Shown here piece by piece: positions 47,441-60,974 of a stretch of DNA of 64,000 bases. This DNA comes from Octopus sinensis. Taxonomy: Eukaryota. The translations under genes were made by a program, and so were the position numbers. The notes under the pieces are model-generated. The model saw nothing but the letters and a program-made list of their open reading frames with translations, was not told the origin of the DNA and did no database searches. Every line of letters starts with the position of its first letter. The first letter of the stretch is position 1. Location: positions 39,184,001-39,248,000 of the forward strand of contig NC_043014.1 in assembly GCF_006345805.1 (NCBI RefSeq), given 5' to 3'.

Positions 47441-50227
47441 AGGGTGTGTCCCATCCAATGCCATTTGTTCCTTTTCATCTGGATGTCAGTAGGTTTCTGA
47501 TTTGTCTGTTCTCAAAGGTTTTAAGTCTGTCTTCTTCCTATCTCACTCAGAGGATGTTCCAGAGACAGAGACATCTATTCACAAACATTTAGAGTTTGTA
47601 TGAAAAAAGCACAACGACTGTTGATTCTCTACAAATTATTGGCCTTGCGTCCAGTGAAAAGAACTCGATAATATTTTATTAGATGCCAGTAGTTATGTAA
47701 TTAGTATATTCCGTAGTCTATAATGTGTGAAGAGGCAAAAATGACCAACTAGATTACGTATTGAGCTATCAGTTAGTGATTTATTTCCTGTTTAGTTAAT
47801 CTAGACAGTTCACTGAATCTGTGAGAAGGTCATAGAAATTTCTACATACTTTAGGTCAATTAGTTACTGTGAATCAACAGATTTTCCAGTCTCTCATCTA
47901 GCTTTATGGAATCCTGTAGTTTGCAAAAAGATTTAAGTATGCAAGTGTCTGGTGTTTTTTTGTTTTTTTTTCTTTTTCTCTTCACAGTGTTTCTGTAAAA
48001 TGCTCATTATTAAAGCTTCTTAAGCCCCCCCCCTCCCAATATTTTATCCGATAAATCTAAATATGTTGTATTGTATTTTGTGTATTGAAATCAGTTTTCC
48101 AGTGTTATTTAGGCTTACAGAAAGAAATTGCTTTTTTCATATATCTTCATCACTGGATTTAATTATTGTTATTCAGCATTTGGTTAGCATTGATCCACCT
48201 CATCTTTTTGTGTATCTGGGACTTCATTGTTCAGTATGTCCTTCCTTTTTTTTTTTTTTTTTTATGGTAGTTGGTTGTGATTTAACGGAAATTTGGTTGC
48301 TATTTCTAGCTGGCCAAATGACCTCATAGAGGTTCCCCTTGTTAAAATTGATTGGATGTAGACGTGTTCTGGTTTGATGTTAATGCTTTGTTATTTACAA
48401 GTAGTTTGGGCAGTGACTGCAGGGTTTCTTTCTATCAGTTGAACTGAGAGAATATTTAAGTTGTCTAGTCTACATGCTTACCTTGATTGAGCAGACCAGC
48501 ATGATCAATGATGTTCCGTCCATGACTATTCCATCTATTTTGTCTTTGGTCAGTGTATAGCGGATTAGATCATTCAACATGTCCTTCATTCCCAAGATGA
48601 TAAGAGTGTTATTTGGTGGAAATGTGGCTGCCAAATCTAGCAAATTGTGAAGCCCCCTAGAGTTTCCCTCATTGATTCATGAGTTATTTAGTTTAGAGTT
48701 TATTTTAGGCATAGGCATGGCTATGGTTAAGACATTTGCTTCCCATCTATGTGGCTTTTGGTTCAATCCCAATGCATGGTACTGTGGGCAAATGTCTGTA
48801 GCCCTGGACCAGCCAGACATACATTGTGTGTGCATGTGTATATTTCTGTGTATATGCTTGTGTCTCCTTGTCTTGACATTATATGACTGTTGTAAATGAA
48901 TACCATTCATTTCCAATATTCTGTGAAGATATATCTGGCCAAGGGGGAAATATTACCTTGCTTGGAAATGGGTAAGATTTGGTAATAGGTGACGAGTCTA
49001 TTAAGGCGGCGAGCTGGTAGAAATGTTAGCACACCTGTCGAAATGCTTAGTGATATTTCATCTGCCGTTACATTCTGAGTTCAAATTCTGCCGAGGTTGA
49101 CTTTGCCTTTCATCCTTTCAGGGTCGATAAATTAAGTCCCAGTTACACACTGGAGGCGATCTAATCAACTTAATCCCTTTGTTTGTCCCCTCTATGTTTA
49201 GCCCCTTGTGGGCAATAAAGAAATAAGATTTGATAATAGGAAGAACATCTGACTTTAGAAAATTTGCCTTCGTAAACTCCGCAAGCATGGAAAAAATGGA
49301 CATTAAACTGATGAGGGTCATGGTGGCGGTAGCGGTATTTTATGTGCATGCACAATGTTTTATGATATGGAGAGAATTATTATGCTGGAGGATTTGTAAC
49401 TTATTAGGGTTTATGAGAGAAAGCTTTGGATTCAAGACAATATTCCATGATAATCCCTATATACTGTTTCTGTAGATGTTGCAAAAGGCAGAAGACAGGA
49501 AATATTTCATATCTGTCCTAGTAAGAGCAGGTATGGCTGTGTGGTTAAGAAGCTTGCTTCTCAATCATGTGATGTTGGGTTCAGTCCCACTGTGCAGTGC
49601 CTTGAGTAATTATCTTCTACGATAGTTCTGGCCCGTCCAAGGCCTTGTGAGTGGATTTGGTAGGTAGGAGCTGAAAGAAGCCTGTCTTATATATCTACAT
49701 ATGTATGTACCTTTTGTCTAGACGCTTCATTATAGTTTTAAATGAGGATCGTAATCATACAACCTAGGGTGTTTATTTCCAGCCTTCTGTGGAAAAAAAA
49801 AAAGGCCGGCCATAAAGAAATATTATTGTACTTGAAAACAGATGAGGGTTAATGATAGAAAGGGTATCTAGCCATAGAAAATCTACCTCAACAAATTCTG
49901 TCTTTAAGCATAGAAAAATGGATGTTAAATGATAATGATGATGGACAACAGAATGAATGAGTTTATGTAGGTGGAAGCACTTTTAATGATTATAAACATT
50001 AAACAGCGAAAGTATATTGAGTTACATTAAAATATAAACAATAATATTAATTAATGACTCAAGTTATTTTCATTGTGCAGATGTCACCATTCAGATATAT
50101 TTTTATAGACTCAATAGTAAAATGCTGTACAGGGTAATTAGTAGCATAAGCAATTCCTATGGTAACTACATAACATTATATGGTGTGGTAACGACTTACA
50201 TCCAGGACTACTGTATATATATATATA

Positions 50228-50268
<41 letters not shown>

Positions 50269-51739
50269 TGTTCAATCTAAAGATGTCATTTTTTTTTGTT
50301 TGTTTCTTTTTTAACTTATTCTTGTCTTATTTTTTCTGTTTGTGTTTGTCTTTCATATCTGCTCATACATACCTTGGTAGCTTGTGTTGCCAGGGAATAT
50401 ATGATATATTATGATACCTGCCAAATTAAACAATATTATCAGGTGTCAAAATTGTGTTGATACTTGGTTGACAACTGATGAGGGGTTGAGCAAGCCTACA
50501 TCCATTGTGTGTGTGTGTGTGTGTGTTTTCCAGTTTATCTGTTTGTTCCTTTGTCATCCCCTGTACTTCCTCCTTCCATGTACCACATTTTTAATTATTG
50601 CTTTGTGAGATCATAGACTTCCACCTAGAAAGTTCCCTTTCCAAAGTGCAGACCTAGGCAGTTTTCCACAAGAGAAGAAGCAGTTGCTCATCCACGCAAA
50701 TCTTGTTTCATGCCATTGAAAAGGACAAAAGCTGATACAGTTTGGTGCCAATGTTGCTGCATCTAACATCTAACAAATAGACATTCTCATTAATCATTTC
50801 AATAAAACCAGCCACCAGAAACCATTCAAAGCAGACAGAATCATAAAAATACTGCATACTTTATCTAATCAATGCACCCCCTCCTCCGTCTCTCTCTCTC
50901 TCTCAAAAAAATCTATAAACTACGAACTCAGAAATATATACAGATGCATTAATCACATGGATCCTTAATGAGTCATTAATAAATGTATATTCAACTGCTT
51001 ATACCTAAGGCTATGAGTAATAATAAAGGTAACATCGCAATTTTACACCAAAGCAGTCAATGAAGAGAAAATTGTTGATGGCAGATTCTTGGTGAATAGC
51101 CACAGTTTACATTAAATTTATCACAGATTCACTGCCAATCTTAGGTTGACCTTTTGGTACCGCAATCTTCTTGTGTTGCTTGACATGCGAGAAATAGCAC
51201 CCGGATCTCCCTCCTCACACCCTACAGGGTTACAAAAAAGGAATGACATTGGATAATGTAGACCTAGAGACATCTGAACACAATAAGCTGGTGTGGTCAT
51301 GACTGGACCACCTTTGAAGTAGGTTTGTTTCAATAAAGTTAGCCTAGGATTAAACAACAGCACGACCACCATTTCCACCATACAAAACTGAAGTAACTAT
51401 AACAATATATTTTATTCGACATCTCTTAGCTTTCTCATTGTACGGCAAAATCCAATGAAAAGCTTTTCTTTAATCCTTTTGTGACCATATTTCTGTTGCA
51501 ATACATTATTTTTCTTTCAGTTAATTTCTAAAATAATGAAGAATACAATAAAACAGCCTCATTATTCATCATCATCATTAACATGTTTTCCATGCTGGCA
51601 TGCGTCGGACAGTTTGACAGGAACTGGCCAGCTCTAATTGTCTGTTTTGGTATGGTTTCCCCAGCTGGATGCCTCTAAGTTGATATTTCAAGTGGTTGGC
51701 ATTAGGAAGGGCATCCAGTTGTAGAGACATTGTTGAAAC

Positions 51740-52480
51740 AGACATAGAGCTGGCTCCATTAGCCACTACTGCCTGACTTCTATCTTTTAGAAAGTCGTGT
51801 AACCACTTTCCAAATTTTCCAGCTATGCCGAGACCACACACTTTGTGGCATATCATACCATGATCCACTTTGTCAAAAGCTTTTGCAAAATCAAAGTATA
51901 TTACATCCACATTTGAGTTGTTGAGTAACTGCCTCAACACCCAGTCATGATGTTGTAAGAGCTAGGCCAGGCAGCTCCTACCTGGTCGAAAGCCATGCTG
52001 GGTATCACTCAGCAAGTTATTTTCTTCAAGGAATGCGATTACTTTCCATCTGACTATCCGTTCCATCACTTTGCTGATGTGTGAAGTCAGAGAGATAGGC
52101 CTATAGTTCTTGGCATCTGCTCTGCTTCCTCCTTTTTGGATTGGGCATATTATTCCCTCCTTCAGCTTGCTTGGCAGTCTGCTATTTGCAAGAAAGCTCT
52201 AGAAGAGAATCTGGAAGGGTTTTGCCAGGACATGCTTACACGATTTGAGGAGGATTGCTGGGAAACCATCAGGACCAGCAGTTGAGTTTGCTGTCCACCT
52301 CATCTGTGACTAGTAGTATATCTTCTTCGCTAATGTCGATGTATTCCATCGTAACTGCCTTGCTGGTTATAGGTGAGGTGGCAAAGAAGTCCACTGATTC
52401 ATTCACTTGTCTGTTTTCCAACGAGGTGGTAAAGACACTTTTGAACTGGTCATTCACTACCTCACTGATCCCCGAGAACT
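51740..52480 (-). pseudogene. CR1/L2-group LINE reverse-transcriptase remnant (N-terminal RT domains)
   Basis: The minus frames contain NYRPISLTSHISKVMERIV, QHGFRPGRSC and VDVIYFDFAKAFDKVDHG. It is truncated by a family-E copy near 51735. Confidence 0.85.
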
Positions 52481-52869
52481 ACATTAAGGGTACACGTGTC
52501 TGTGGAGTGCTCAGCCACTTGCATGTTAATAAATGAGCTGCAACGTCACTGGTGCCAAGCTGTATTGACCTTTGCCTTTCCCTTGGATAACATCGGTGGC
52601 TTGGAGAGGGGAGGCTGGTATGCGTGGGTGACTGCTAGTCTTCCATAAACAACCTTGCCCAGACTTGTGCCTCGGAGGGTAACTTTCTAGGTGCAATCCC
52701 ATGGTCATTCATGACCAAATGGGGTCGCACACATATATATTTCTTTTTTATATATACATATATCTATATAAAATTTAAAATTTAGAGTCATAGCTCTTTC
52801 AATCTGTCCCAGTAGCTCAGTTGTTCCATTGATGCAATTTTCTTTGTGTAATGTCTTTGGACTGTTTCA

Positions 52870-53610
52870 AGCTCTGCTATCGTCCTTGTAGTATAAGGTG
52901 ACCATAGCTGAGAGCAGAAGTCCAGTCAGCTGAGGATAAATGACTTCCATAGTGTCATCGTAGTTTCTTGGTCCCTTGTCCGGAAGGTTCTCAGAATCCA
53001 ACCGGCCAGTCTTCTGAATACTGCTACCATTTTGTTGATATGTGTGAAATGAGGCATTGTTGCTCATTTCTATTCCAAGATCACGCACCGTATTTGATTC
53101 TGGGATCGTTGCTCCACTTGGTCCAATGTACTGATGTCGTGATGCCTGAGCAGTGCTTAACTGGTAGCAGAGGGCCTGGAATTTACTTGCATTAAATTGC
53201 ATGTTGTTATCCTCAGCCCATATATAGATGGCATCAAGATCTTTCTGTAAGAGCGTAGCATCAGAGGTTTCCTTGACTGACTGTGCAACTTTTGTGTTGT
53301 TGGCATAGCTGGTAAGCATAGCCGCCTCTGTCACTGATGGCATATCCGATAGGGCTACCATGAAAAGCAGTGACCCCAGTACAGTGCCCTGGGGTACTCC
53401 ACTCACTACTGGTGTCTCTGTGGAGAGAGCTCTGTTCGCTGCTACAGTTTGGCTCCTGTCCTTCAGGAAATCATGCGGCCACTCTCCGACTTTACCTGTG
53501 ATGCCAAGTCCCCTTATTTTGTGGCATATTCTATGGTCGACCTTGTCAAATTCCTTCGCAAAATTGAGCTATACCACTTCCACCTTTGAGCAGTTCATTA
53601 ATTGCTTCAG
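52870..53610 (-). pseudogene. Second CR1/L2-group LINE RT remnant (catalytic and thumb region)
   Basis: SGVPQGTVLGSLLF, YANNT in place of YADDT, LQKDLDAIYIWAEDNNMQFNASKF and VRDLGI. Confidence 0.85.
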
Positions 53611-55666
53611 TACCCTATCATCTTTCCACTTTTGTCGGATGGAGTTCGATGCTACTGCCTTCTTTTGAATTTCTTGCTTAGTTTAATATTTTCCTATCCT
53701 TCCTTTAATACTGGTTCCCATATACTACTCATATACTCCTCAGTCTGCTTAGGAGGTTGTTGTATCCTAGCATATGTGCTGCTGCTTTTATTTTTCGTGG
53801 TGTGGTTGAGTGGTTAGTAACCACTTGGTTTCAGGTGCAGTACCACTGCATGGTACGTTGTGTGAGCGTCTTCTACTATAGCTCTGAGCTGACTAAAGAC
53901 TTGTTAGTGGATGTAAGAAGCCTGTCTTGTGTGCAAAGCCTTGTTTTGACATTACGCAATAGTTATAAATAATGTGCCATTGTCATACAAGCAGTGTCAT
54001 TCATTTCTGCTGTTCTATCAGAATGTCTGGTCATATGGGGGAAATATCACCTTGCTTGGAAGCAAGTAGGGGTTGGTGACAGGAAGAGCATCCAACTAGC
54101 TGTAGAAATTTTGCCTCAATAAATTCTGTCCAACTGATGCAAACGTGAAAGAGTGGGCATTAAAGCAATAATGAATACCCTTGAAAGATAAAAGGCAAAA
54201 ATTGACTTTGGCAGAATTCAAACTGTGAATGTAAAGAAGCAGAACAATTATCTCAAGATATTTCGTTTAACGTTCTAACAATTCTGCCAATCTCTTGTGT
54301 AAGATCTTCCATATAATAAGCCTTAGAAATTTAGTAATCACTCCAGGTTTTAGTAATGTGAAATTTATTTTAAAAATGGTAACCTCTCTCTGTCTTAGAG
54401 ATCATAGATTAAGCTAATGGCTATACTCTTTTAGAGAGACACAACTAATTCAGCAACAGCTTTTATTATCTTTTCAGTGGGTTTCAGTTAATTTCTAAAA
54501 TAATCAAGAATTCAAAATTTTTATTTGTTGCTATCCTGTTTATCATCATCATCATCATCTTCATCGTTTAACGTCCGCTTTCCATGTTGGCATGGGTTGG
54601 ACAATTTGACTGAGGACTGGCGAACCAGATGGCTGCACCAGGCTCCAATCTGATCTGGCAGAATTTCTACAGCTGGATGCCCTTCCTAACGCCAACCACT
54701 CTGAGAGTGTAGTGGGTGCTTTTGTATATATATATATGCTCAAGTCAGAGATGTGTTCCAGCTGTGACCATTTTGTTTTTGTTCTCAGACATAGTATATC
54801 GAGGAAGTCTGGTACTATTCTGTGGTTTTGTTTTGCCAAACCATCAAGTTGCAGGGACATAAACAAACCAACACTATGCCAAGTGTGGGTGACATAAACA
54901 CACACACACATCACATACAATGGACACATATACATAACGAAATTCCACATAGTTTCTGTCTATTCACTTACAAGGCATTGGTCAGCCTGCAGCTATAGTG
55001 GAAGCCCAAGGTGTTGTGCAGTGGGACTGAACTCAAAACCACATGGTTGCAAAGTAAGCTTCTTAACTTATGAAGCTGCACCTGACTTTGCTACTGATAG
55101 CAATGAGCTGATTTTCAGCATTTTACAGCCAAGTAGACTGAGCCAGTGATTTTGATATATGTTGATCATATATTCAAAATGGAAGATTATGTCAGTGACA
55201 GAATATAAACCATGGACTCTGATTGGATGATCAACATTGTACAAGCAGGTGCTGAAATGTTCCTGACTTTGGATAAAAGAAAATACAGGAGGATCAGTTA
55301 ACTATGATTTTATTCAATGTATTCCTCTCTCAGAATCACACACTTATTACAGTGGTCCTTAAGTTTTTCTAAGCCTTGTAAAAGAACTCAGAAGGTTGGA
55401 CCTCCAACCAGGCCTTTCGTGATACCCCTAAAGCCAGGAACTTTTGAGCAACCGCTTGTAATTACATAGTGCTGGTTCTTATTGAATTATATACTCAGTG
55501 TGTGTGTTCTGGTTTCTGTCATTTAGGCTTCACTCATTGTGTGGAATCTCCCGTCGTTTTAGTTGATTAAATCAACCTTGAAAAGTCAAAAGGCATAGAG
55601 ACTCTAGATCAGATTTGAACCAAGAATTTTAAAGGGATGTAAACAAAAACTACAAAAACTTTTTAA

Positions 55667-55870
55667 CTCCTTAGCATTCAGATTATTTTGTCAACTGTAA
55701 TGCTTAATTATTCGCATTGCTAGGTGTCATCTCATAGCTTCAAAATTTTGATGATTGTATATTTTCAGAATGACATTGTAGAGTAGGTGTGAGAGGTCAG
55801 CTCTGACTAGTTCCAACATAAAACAGGTTGAATATTTGAGCCAGTTATGTCCGGTTTAAATGCTAATGGG
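55667..55870. mobile_element. piggyBac-type MITE
   Basis: TTAA on both sides, with ends CTCCTTAGCATT and AATGCTAATGGG. It is homologous to 56429-56650, about 31295-31455, about 39690-39860 and about 44975-45100. Confidence 0.7.
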
Positions 55871-56428
55871 TTAATGGCTCTACAAAAGACCATAAGTGCC
55901 TGATCTGGAATGATAAGTGTGGCTACAAAATTAAATAATTCCATGAAATAAGGTAATGGTTTTGACATTAAGATGCTCGGTTAGAACCACTTAAGTTCAA
56001 CATGTAGCATATTCAGTGTGTTTGATTATAGATGTGATACATGTGTCTGACTGATGGTATTGTTCCCACATGTGTTACACTATTTACTGATAGGAGGAGG
56101 GGCATTCACTTATGAAATCATCTAATCTTCTCCAACGATATAGAAATATGCAAATTAACCCGTTAGTTTTCAGATACTCTGTCAAATGTAATCCTTATTT
56201 ATTCAAACTGTTTAGAATTAATCATGCTTAATCTTGTAGCTTTGATATTTCATTGAGCTGATTGTTTATTTTTATGATGATATTGTAGGGTAGGTGTGAG
56301 AGGAAGGATCTGGTTAGTTTACACATGAAACAGTAAGAATATTTTGGCTGGACATGACCAGTTTAAAATCCTAAGGGGTCAAAACAAAAAAAATCTTATC
56401 TCTGCTTGTATTAGAAATAGGTGTTTAA

Positions 56429-56650
56429 CCCTTTAGTGTTTAAACTGGCCAAATCCGGCCCAATATATTCTACATGTTTTATATTCAAACTGGCGATATC
56501 TAGCCTCTCACTCCTAACCTACATTGACATTCTAAAAATAAACAATCACATCACTGAAACCTCAAAAGCTATAAGATAATGCAGGATTAATTAAAAATAA
56601 TTTGAGTGAAAAGTTATTACATTTAACAGAGTAATCTGAACATTAAAGGG
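56429..56650. mobile_element. piggyBac-type MITE
   Basis: TTAA|CCCTTTAGTGTT...AACATTAAAGGG|TTAA, giving a TTAA TSD and CCC/GGG termini with one TIR mismatch. Confidence 0.85.
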
Positions 56651-56754
56651 TTAAAAAAAAATGAAAGAAAATTATAGTTTTTTTTTATTTACTTTTTTGA
56701 AAATCTGCTTTTTTGTGTGTTTTTCTTTTTGTCTGTGTATCTAGTTTTGCTTAT

Positions 56755-56790
56755 ATACTTTAACTTTTTTTTTCTTCTTTTTAATTGCAG
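56755..56790 (+). promoter_or_regulatory. 3' splice acceptor of the zinc-finger coding exon
   Basis: A polypyrimidine tract TTTTTTTTTCTTCTTTTTAATTGCAG ends at 56790. There is no ATG between it and 56900, and an in-frame TAA lies at 56846-56848. Confidence 0.75.
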
Positions 56791-56899
56791 GCTGCCATTA
56801 AACACCAAAGTCTCTGAATCTGACAGAAGGAGCAGTTAACAAATCTAATATTTTAACATCTTCAACCCTTCAAAGTTACCATTCCCTTCCCCTAGCATC

Positions 56900-59122
56900 A
56901 TGTCTGAATTCGATACTGCTTCAGCTGTTATCGTGGACAGCGGCGGTCAGGATTTGAAGTACAACTTCCCCGTGCATGTACTCATTGAAGAACCACCTTC
57001 AAGTGAGTGTATTGACCAAGATGATGAAGATTCCCTGATGCCTTTCGGGGGTAATGGAGATTTTTCAAACTACCAAACAGCTACCCATAATGGCCACGTA
57101 TCCGATTCCTTTTTATACCAACAGACCCACTACTATTTACCACAGAATGAAATATCGTCTCTATATGAAATGGCAAGACGAGAGAGTCTCTACGAACATG
57201 GAGATCAGTCTGACTATGGTTATGATGAGTTCAGTATTCCAAACGGAAAGCACGACTATCAGTACCAGGAGAATGAAGATTCTTCGGTAGATCAGAAGGA
57301 CAAAACCATCGTCTCTGGTGTTAACCATACAGCCAGTCACGGCCATAATCATAAAGCAGCCCGAGCTTGTGAGTACTGCAACATGAGTTTTGCAAGTACC
57401 GATGACCTCGCGCTGCATATGCGAGTTCATTCGGGTGGTAAGCCTTATTTATGCCAACAGTGTGGTAAGACTTTTAGTGATAGCTCAGCCCTGGCAAGTC
57501 ACGTGAAGTCCCATACTGTCGAGAAAAGATTCAAGTGTGACTTCTGTGGAAAAGCGTTCACCAGGAACAGTAACCTCAGTGACCACATGCGCACACATAT
57601 TGGCAGAAAGCCGTTCAAATGCGAGACTTGCGGGAAACTATATGCCTTGGAAAACAACTACAATGCTCATATGGAAACTCATGCCAATGACAAACCTTAT
57701 AAATGTGATATTTGTAATGTAGAGTTTACCAAACGCAACCTACTCATTTCACACATGGACGGCCACAACAAGGGCCGTTGCTTTGAATGTCAAAAGTGCC
57801 CTAGAAAGTTTGTCACTACGGGGGAGCTTGATTCACATATGAAGTCTGTGCACCCAGAAGCTGTGCCAATAAAGGACATGTCCGATAACAGTAACTCCCG
57901 TTTGAACAATCATGCAGACAACGGTGTTGGTAAAGACGGCAGCGCTCTCAACGACATTGTGCAGCGAGATAGTTCTGGTAATATAATAGGCCAAATTAGT
58001 AGCCCCGTAGTAACTACAACAACTAATGAGAAGAAGAGCTTCCCGTGTGACATTTGCACCAAGTCCTTTACTCGTCGTAGCAACCTCACCCAACACAAGC
58101 GTACCCATAGTGGGGACAAGCCGTATAAGTGTGAGTACTGTGGGAAAACATTTGCAGTGAATAGTAATTTGACTATACACATAAGGATGCATACAGGGGA
58201 CAAGCCTTACAAATGCTGTTTCTGCAGCAAAACTTTTATCGTCAATTCGCATCTCACTGCACACATTAAGTCTCATACCACCGATAAGGTGCACAAGTGT
58301 GACTACTGCGGCAAGACGTTTCTGCATGCGTGCGACCTCACCGTGCACGTACGTACACACACCGGCGAGAAACCGTACAAATGTGTTTACTGCGGTAAAG
58401 CCTTTGCCCGCAGTAGCCATCTCACTGACCATGTCCGTACTCACCAGAGTGACAACGACTGCAAATGCAGCTTCTGCGGTCAAGAATTTGACCACCCCGA
58501 TACGCTGGCGCAGCACGTGAAAACCCACAAAGTGGAAGGTGACGACAGCAGTTCCCTTAGCGAGGCCCCTACTTTGGCCGTGACGCCGACCCTTGTGCCA
58601 CAACACTTTCATCATCATCATCATCCTGTGCAACAAGCGCAGCCTCAGCAGCACAAGCATCAGCTGCTCCAGGCACAGCAGCAGCACCAACACCAACACA
58701 AACCTCAATTGCAACAGCAGCAGCAACATCATCATCATCATCATCAACAATTGCAACAGCAGCAGAAACAACAGCCACAGCACCAGCAGCAACCACAGCA
58801 AAAACAGCAACCGCTGCAGCAGCAGCAGCAACAACAACAACAGCAGCAGCAGCACCATCACCACATCCATCAGCATCAGGACACATCATCTCGAGTTACG
58901 ACAACTGCTGCATCGATGCCCCAACCCCTGTCTCAAGAAATGTTAAAAGTTGGTGTCGGTACCGGTGCCGAAAACCACACTGACCACCATCACCAGCATC
59001 ATAACCAGCAGCCACAGCAGCAGCATCAGCATCACCATCCTCATGGTCATCATCATCATCAGCATGTGCATTTCCATCATCATCATCATCAACCTCATCA
59101 GCACTCGGATCCTAAAGTTTAG
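56900..59122 (+). CDS. C2H2 zinc-finger protein, 740 aa, 12 fingers (6+6) with a poly-His/poly-Gln C-terminal region
   Basis: An intact 740-codon ORF with 12 CxxC...HxxxH-type motifs and TGEKPY-like linkers. It has an acidic N-terminus and a CAG/CAA/CAT/CAC-encoded H/Q tracts, and is GC/CpG-richer than its flanks. Confidence 0.96.
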   Translation: MSEFDTASAVIVDSGGQDLKYNFPVHVLIEEPPSSECIDQDDEDSLMPFGGNGDFSNYQTATHNGHVSDSFLYQQTHYYLPQNEISSLYEMARRESLYEHGDQSDYGYDEFSIPNGKHDYQYQENEDSSVDQKDKTIVSGVNHTASHGHNHKAARACEYCNMSFASTDDLALHMRVHSGGKPYLCQQCGKTFSDSSALASHVKSHTVEKRFKCDFCGKAFTRNSNLSDHMRTHIGRKPFKCETCGKLYALENNYNAHMETHANDKPYKCDICNVEFTKRNLLISHMDGHNKGRCFECQKCPRKFVTTGELDSHMKSVHPEAVPIKDMSDNSNSRLNNHADNGVGKDGSALNDIVQRDSSGNIIGQISSPVVTTTTNEKKSFPCDICTKSFTRRSNLTQHKRTHSGDKPYKCEYCGKTFAVNSNLTIHIRMHTGDKPYKCCFCSKTFIVNSHLTAHIKSHTTDKVHKCDYCGKTFLHACDLTVHVRTHTGEKPYKCVYCGKAFARSSHLTDHVRTHQSDNDCKCSFCGQEFDHPDTLAQHVKTHKVEGDDSSSLSEAPTLAVTPTLVPQHFHHHHHPVQQAQPQQHKHQLLQAQQQHQHQHKPQLQQQQQHHHHHHQQLQQQQKQQPQHQQQPQQKQQPLQQQQQQQQQQQQHHHHIHQHQDTSSRVTTTAASMPQPLSQEMLKVGVGTGAENHTDHHHQHHNQQPQQQHQHHHPHGHHHHQHVHFHHHHHQPHQHSDPKV

Positions 59123-60934
59123 GAAAGGAATTATTAAAAAAAAATGACTTTTTTTTTTCAACAGTCATTATTAATATTATTATTATTATTATTTGATTGG
59201 CAGAATCATTGGAGCATTGACAAAATGCCTGTGGCATTTTGTTATGGCTCTTTATGTTTTGAGTTCAAATCCCACCGAGATCAACTTAGCCATTCATCCT
59301 TCGACGGGTTGATAAAAAAAAGTACCAGTCATGTACTGGGGTTGATTGATTTAACCAACTCACCTTTTCTCTTCCCTACATTTCTGGCCTTGTGCCTATA
59401 TTAGAAACAATTATTTTTATTTCTTTCGATTCGTTGAAAATTTTTTACAATTTCATATTTATGGGACAGTGGGGGGGATAAAAAAACCGATGAAAAAAGT
59501 AAACGAAGATTATTATTGATAAAGAAATAAAAGAAAAGATTTTTAAAAAAACTGGGGCTGCAGCTGCTCTCCCTCCCACTGGCTGGAACCAGTAAAAGAG
59601 TAAGGCTTTTTGTCCTCCCTCTCCTTCCCCATTTCGAATTTCAGAGCTGCTGCTGATGTTTTTAATTTTCATCACCTTATACCCTCTCTAAATGTTTCCC
59701 TATCTAAGCCCCCCCCTCGCTGCGACCCACCAACCTACCTAACTACCTACCCAAATGATCGAATCATTTAATATTTGAGAGAGGTCGAAAGGGCTGAGAG
59801 AATGATGGGGCAATGTTGGAGAAAAAAAAATTTTTTTTTTTTTTCTCTGTTTATGAAGAAGAAATTTTTTTTAAAGAATAAAATGAATCACTCCTCTCTC
59901 TCTCAGACACACACATGTATGCCCCCTCGAAGATAAAGGGAAAAGAAGCAACAAAAACCAACAAAACCAAAATAATTTTCAAAGATAATCTTCACCGATT
60001 TTTTTTTTGTCTTTTATTAAAAGATAAACAACAAAAAAACAGTCCCGTTCATAATAACAATACCTTTATATTTTGGTCTATTGCGAAACCGACTATTAAT
60101 TAATTAAACAATTTTATTTCACACTTTGCTCGTATAATTTCACACATCTGACCCCCCCAGTTTTTTTTTTTTGTATTTTTTTCTCGTGTAAAAAAAAAAA
60201 TACTGCTGCAGGATTTTTTTTTAAACTTCAGTTTCCATCGAGAACTAATTTTCCCCAAAATATATTTACTTAAACATACATACACACTCACACAAAATTC
60301 CCCTTCTCCACAATCACTGGGGAAAAAAAAATTTAAATAACATGGTGGAAACTGAAATAAAAAAAAAAATTAAATAATTAAAAAAAACATGAAAGGAAGA
60401 AACAGAAATTTTTTTTTAACGATTTAGCATTTTGCTTTCATTCTTCCCCCCTCCCCCATCCCTGTCCTTATGATGTAATTTTAGAATTCATTTTTTTAAA
60501 AAAAATTTATTTTTTTAACATTTTAATGTAGATAAATATCTTTTTCTTTGTATGTAAACGTATATTTATTAGTTGATAATTATAAATATTTTTTTTTGAG
60601 TTCCTTTCTCCTTTTCCAACACTTTTCGTTGGTATTTTTTAAAAATAGTATTATTACCTCTTTTATCATTATTATTATTAATTAATTATTATTAATAATA
60701 ATAATGATAATAGTAAGGCAGTGAGCTGGCAGAATCGTTACAATGCTAGACAAAATATTTAGCGGCATTTCCATCTGGCTTTACATTCTGAGTTCAAATT
60801 CTGCCGAGGTTGACTTTGCCTTTCATCCATTCAGGATCTACGAAATAAGTACCAGTTGAACACTGGGCTCAATATAATTAATTTGCCCCATCCCCTGGAA
60901 TTCCAGGCTTTATACCTATGAGTAGAAAGGATCA

Positions 60935-60974
<40 letters not shown>

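Noticed and set aside
57833-58876. 347-aa antisense ORF to the ZNF gene
   Set aside because: A shadow frame of CAG/CAT repeats and finger codons, with no independent coding signal.
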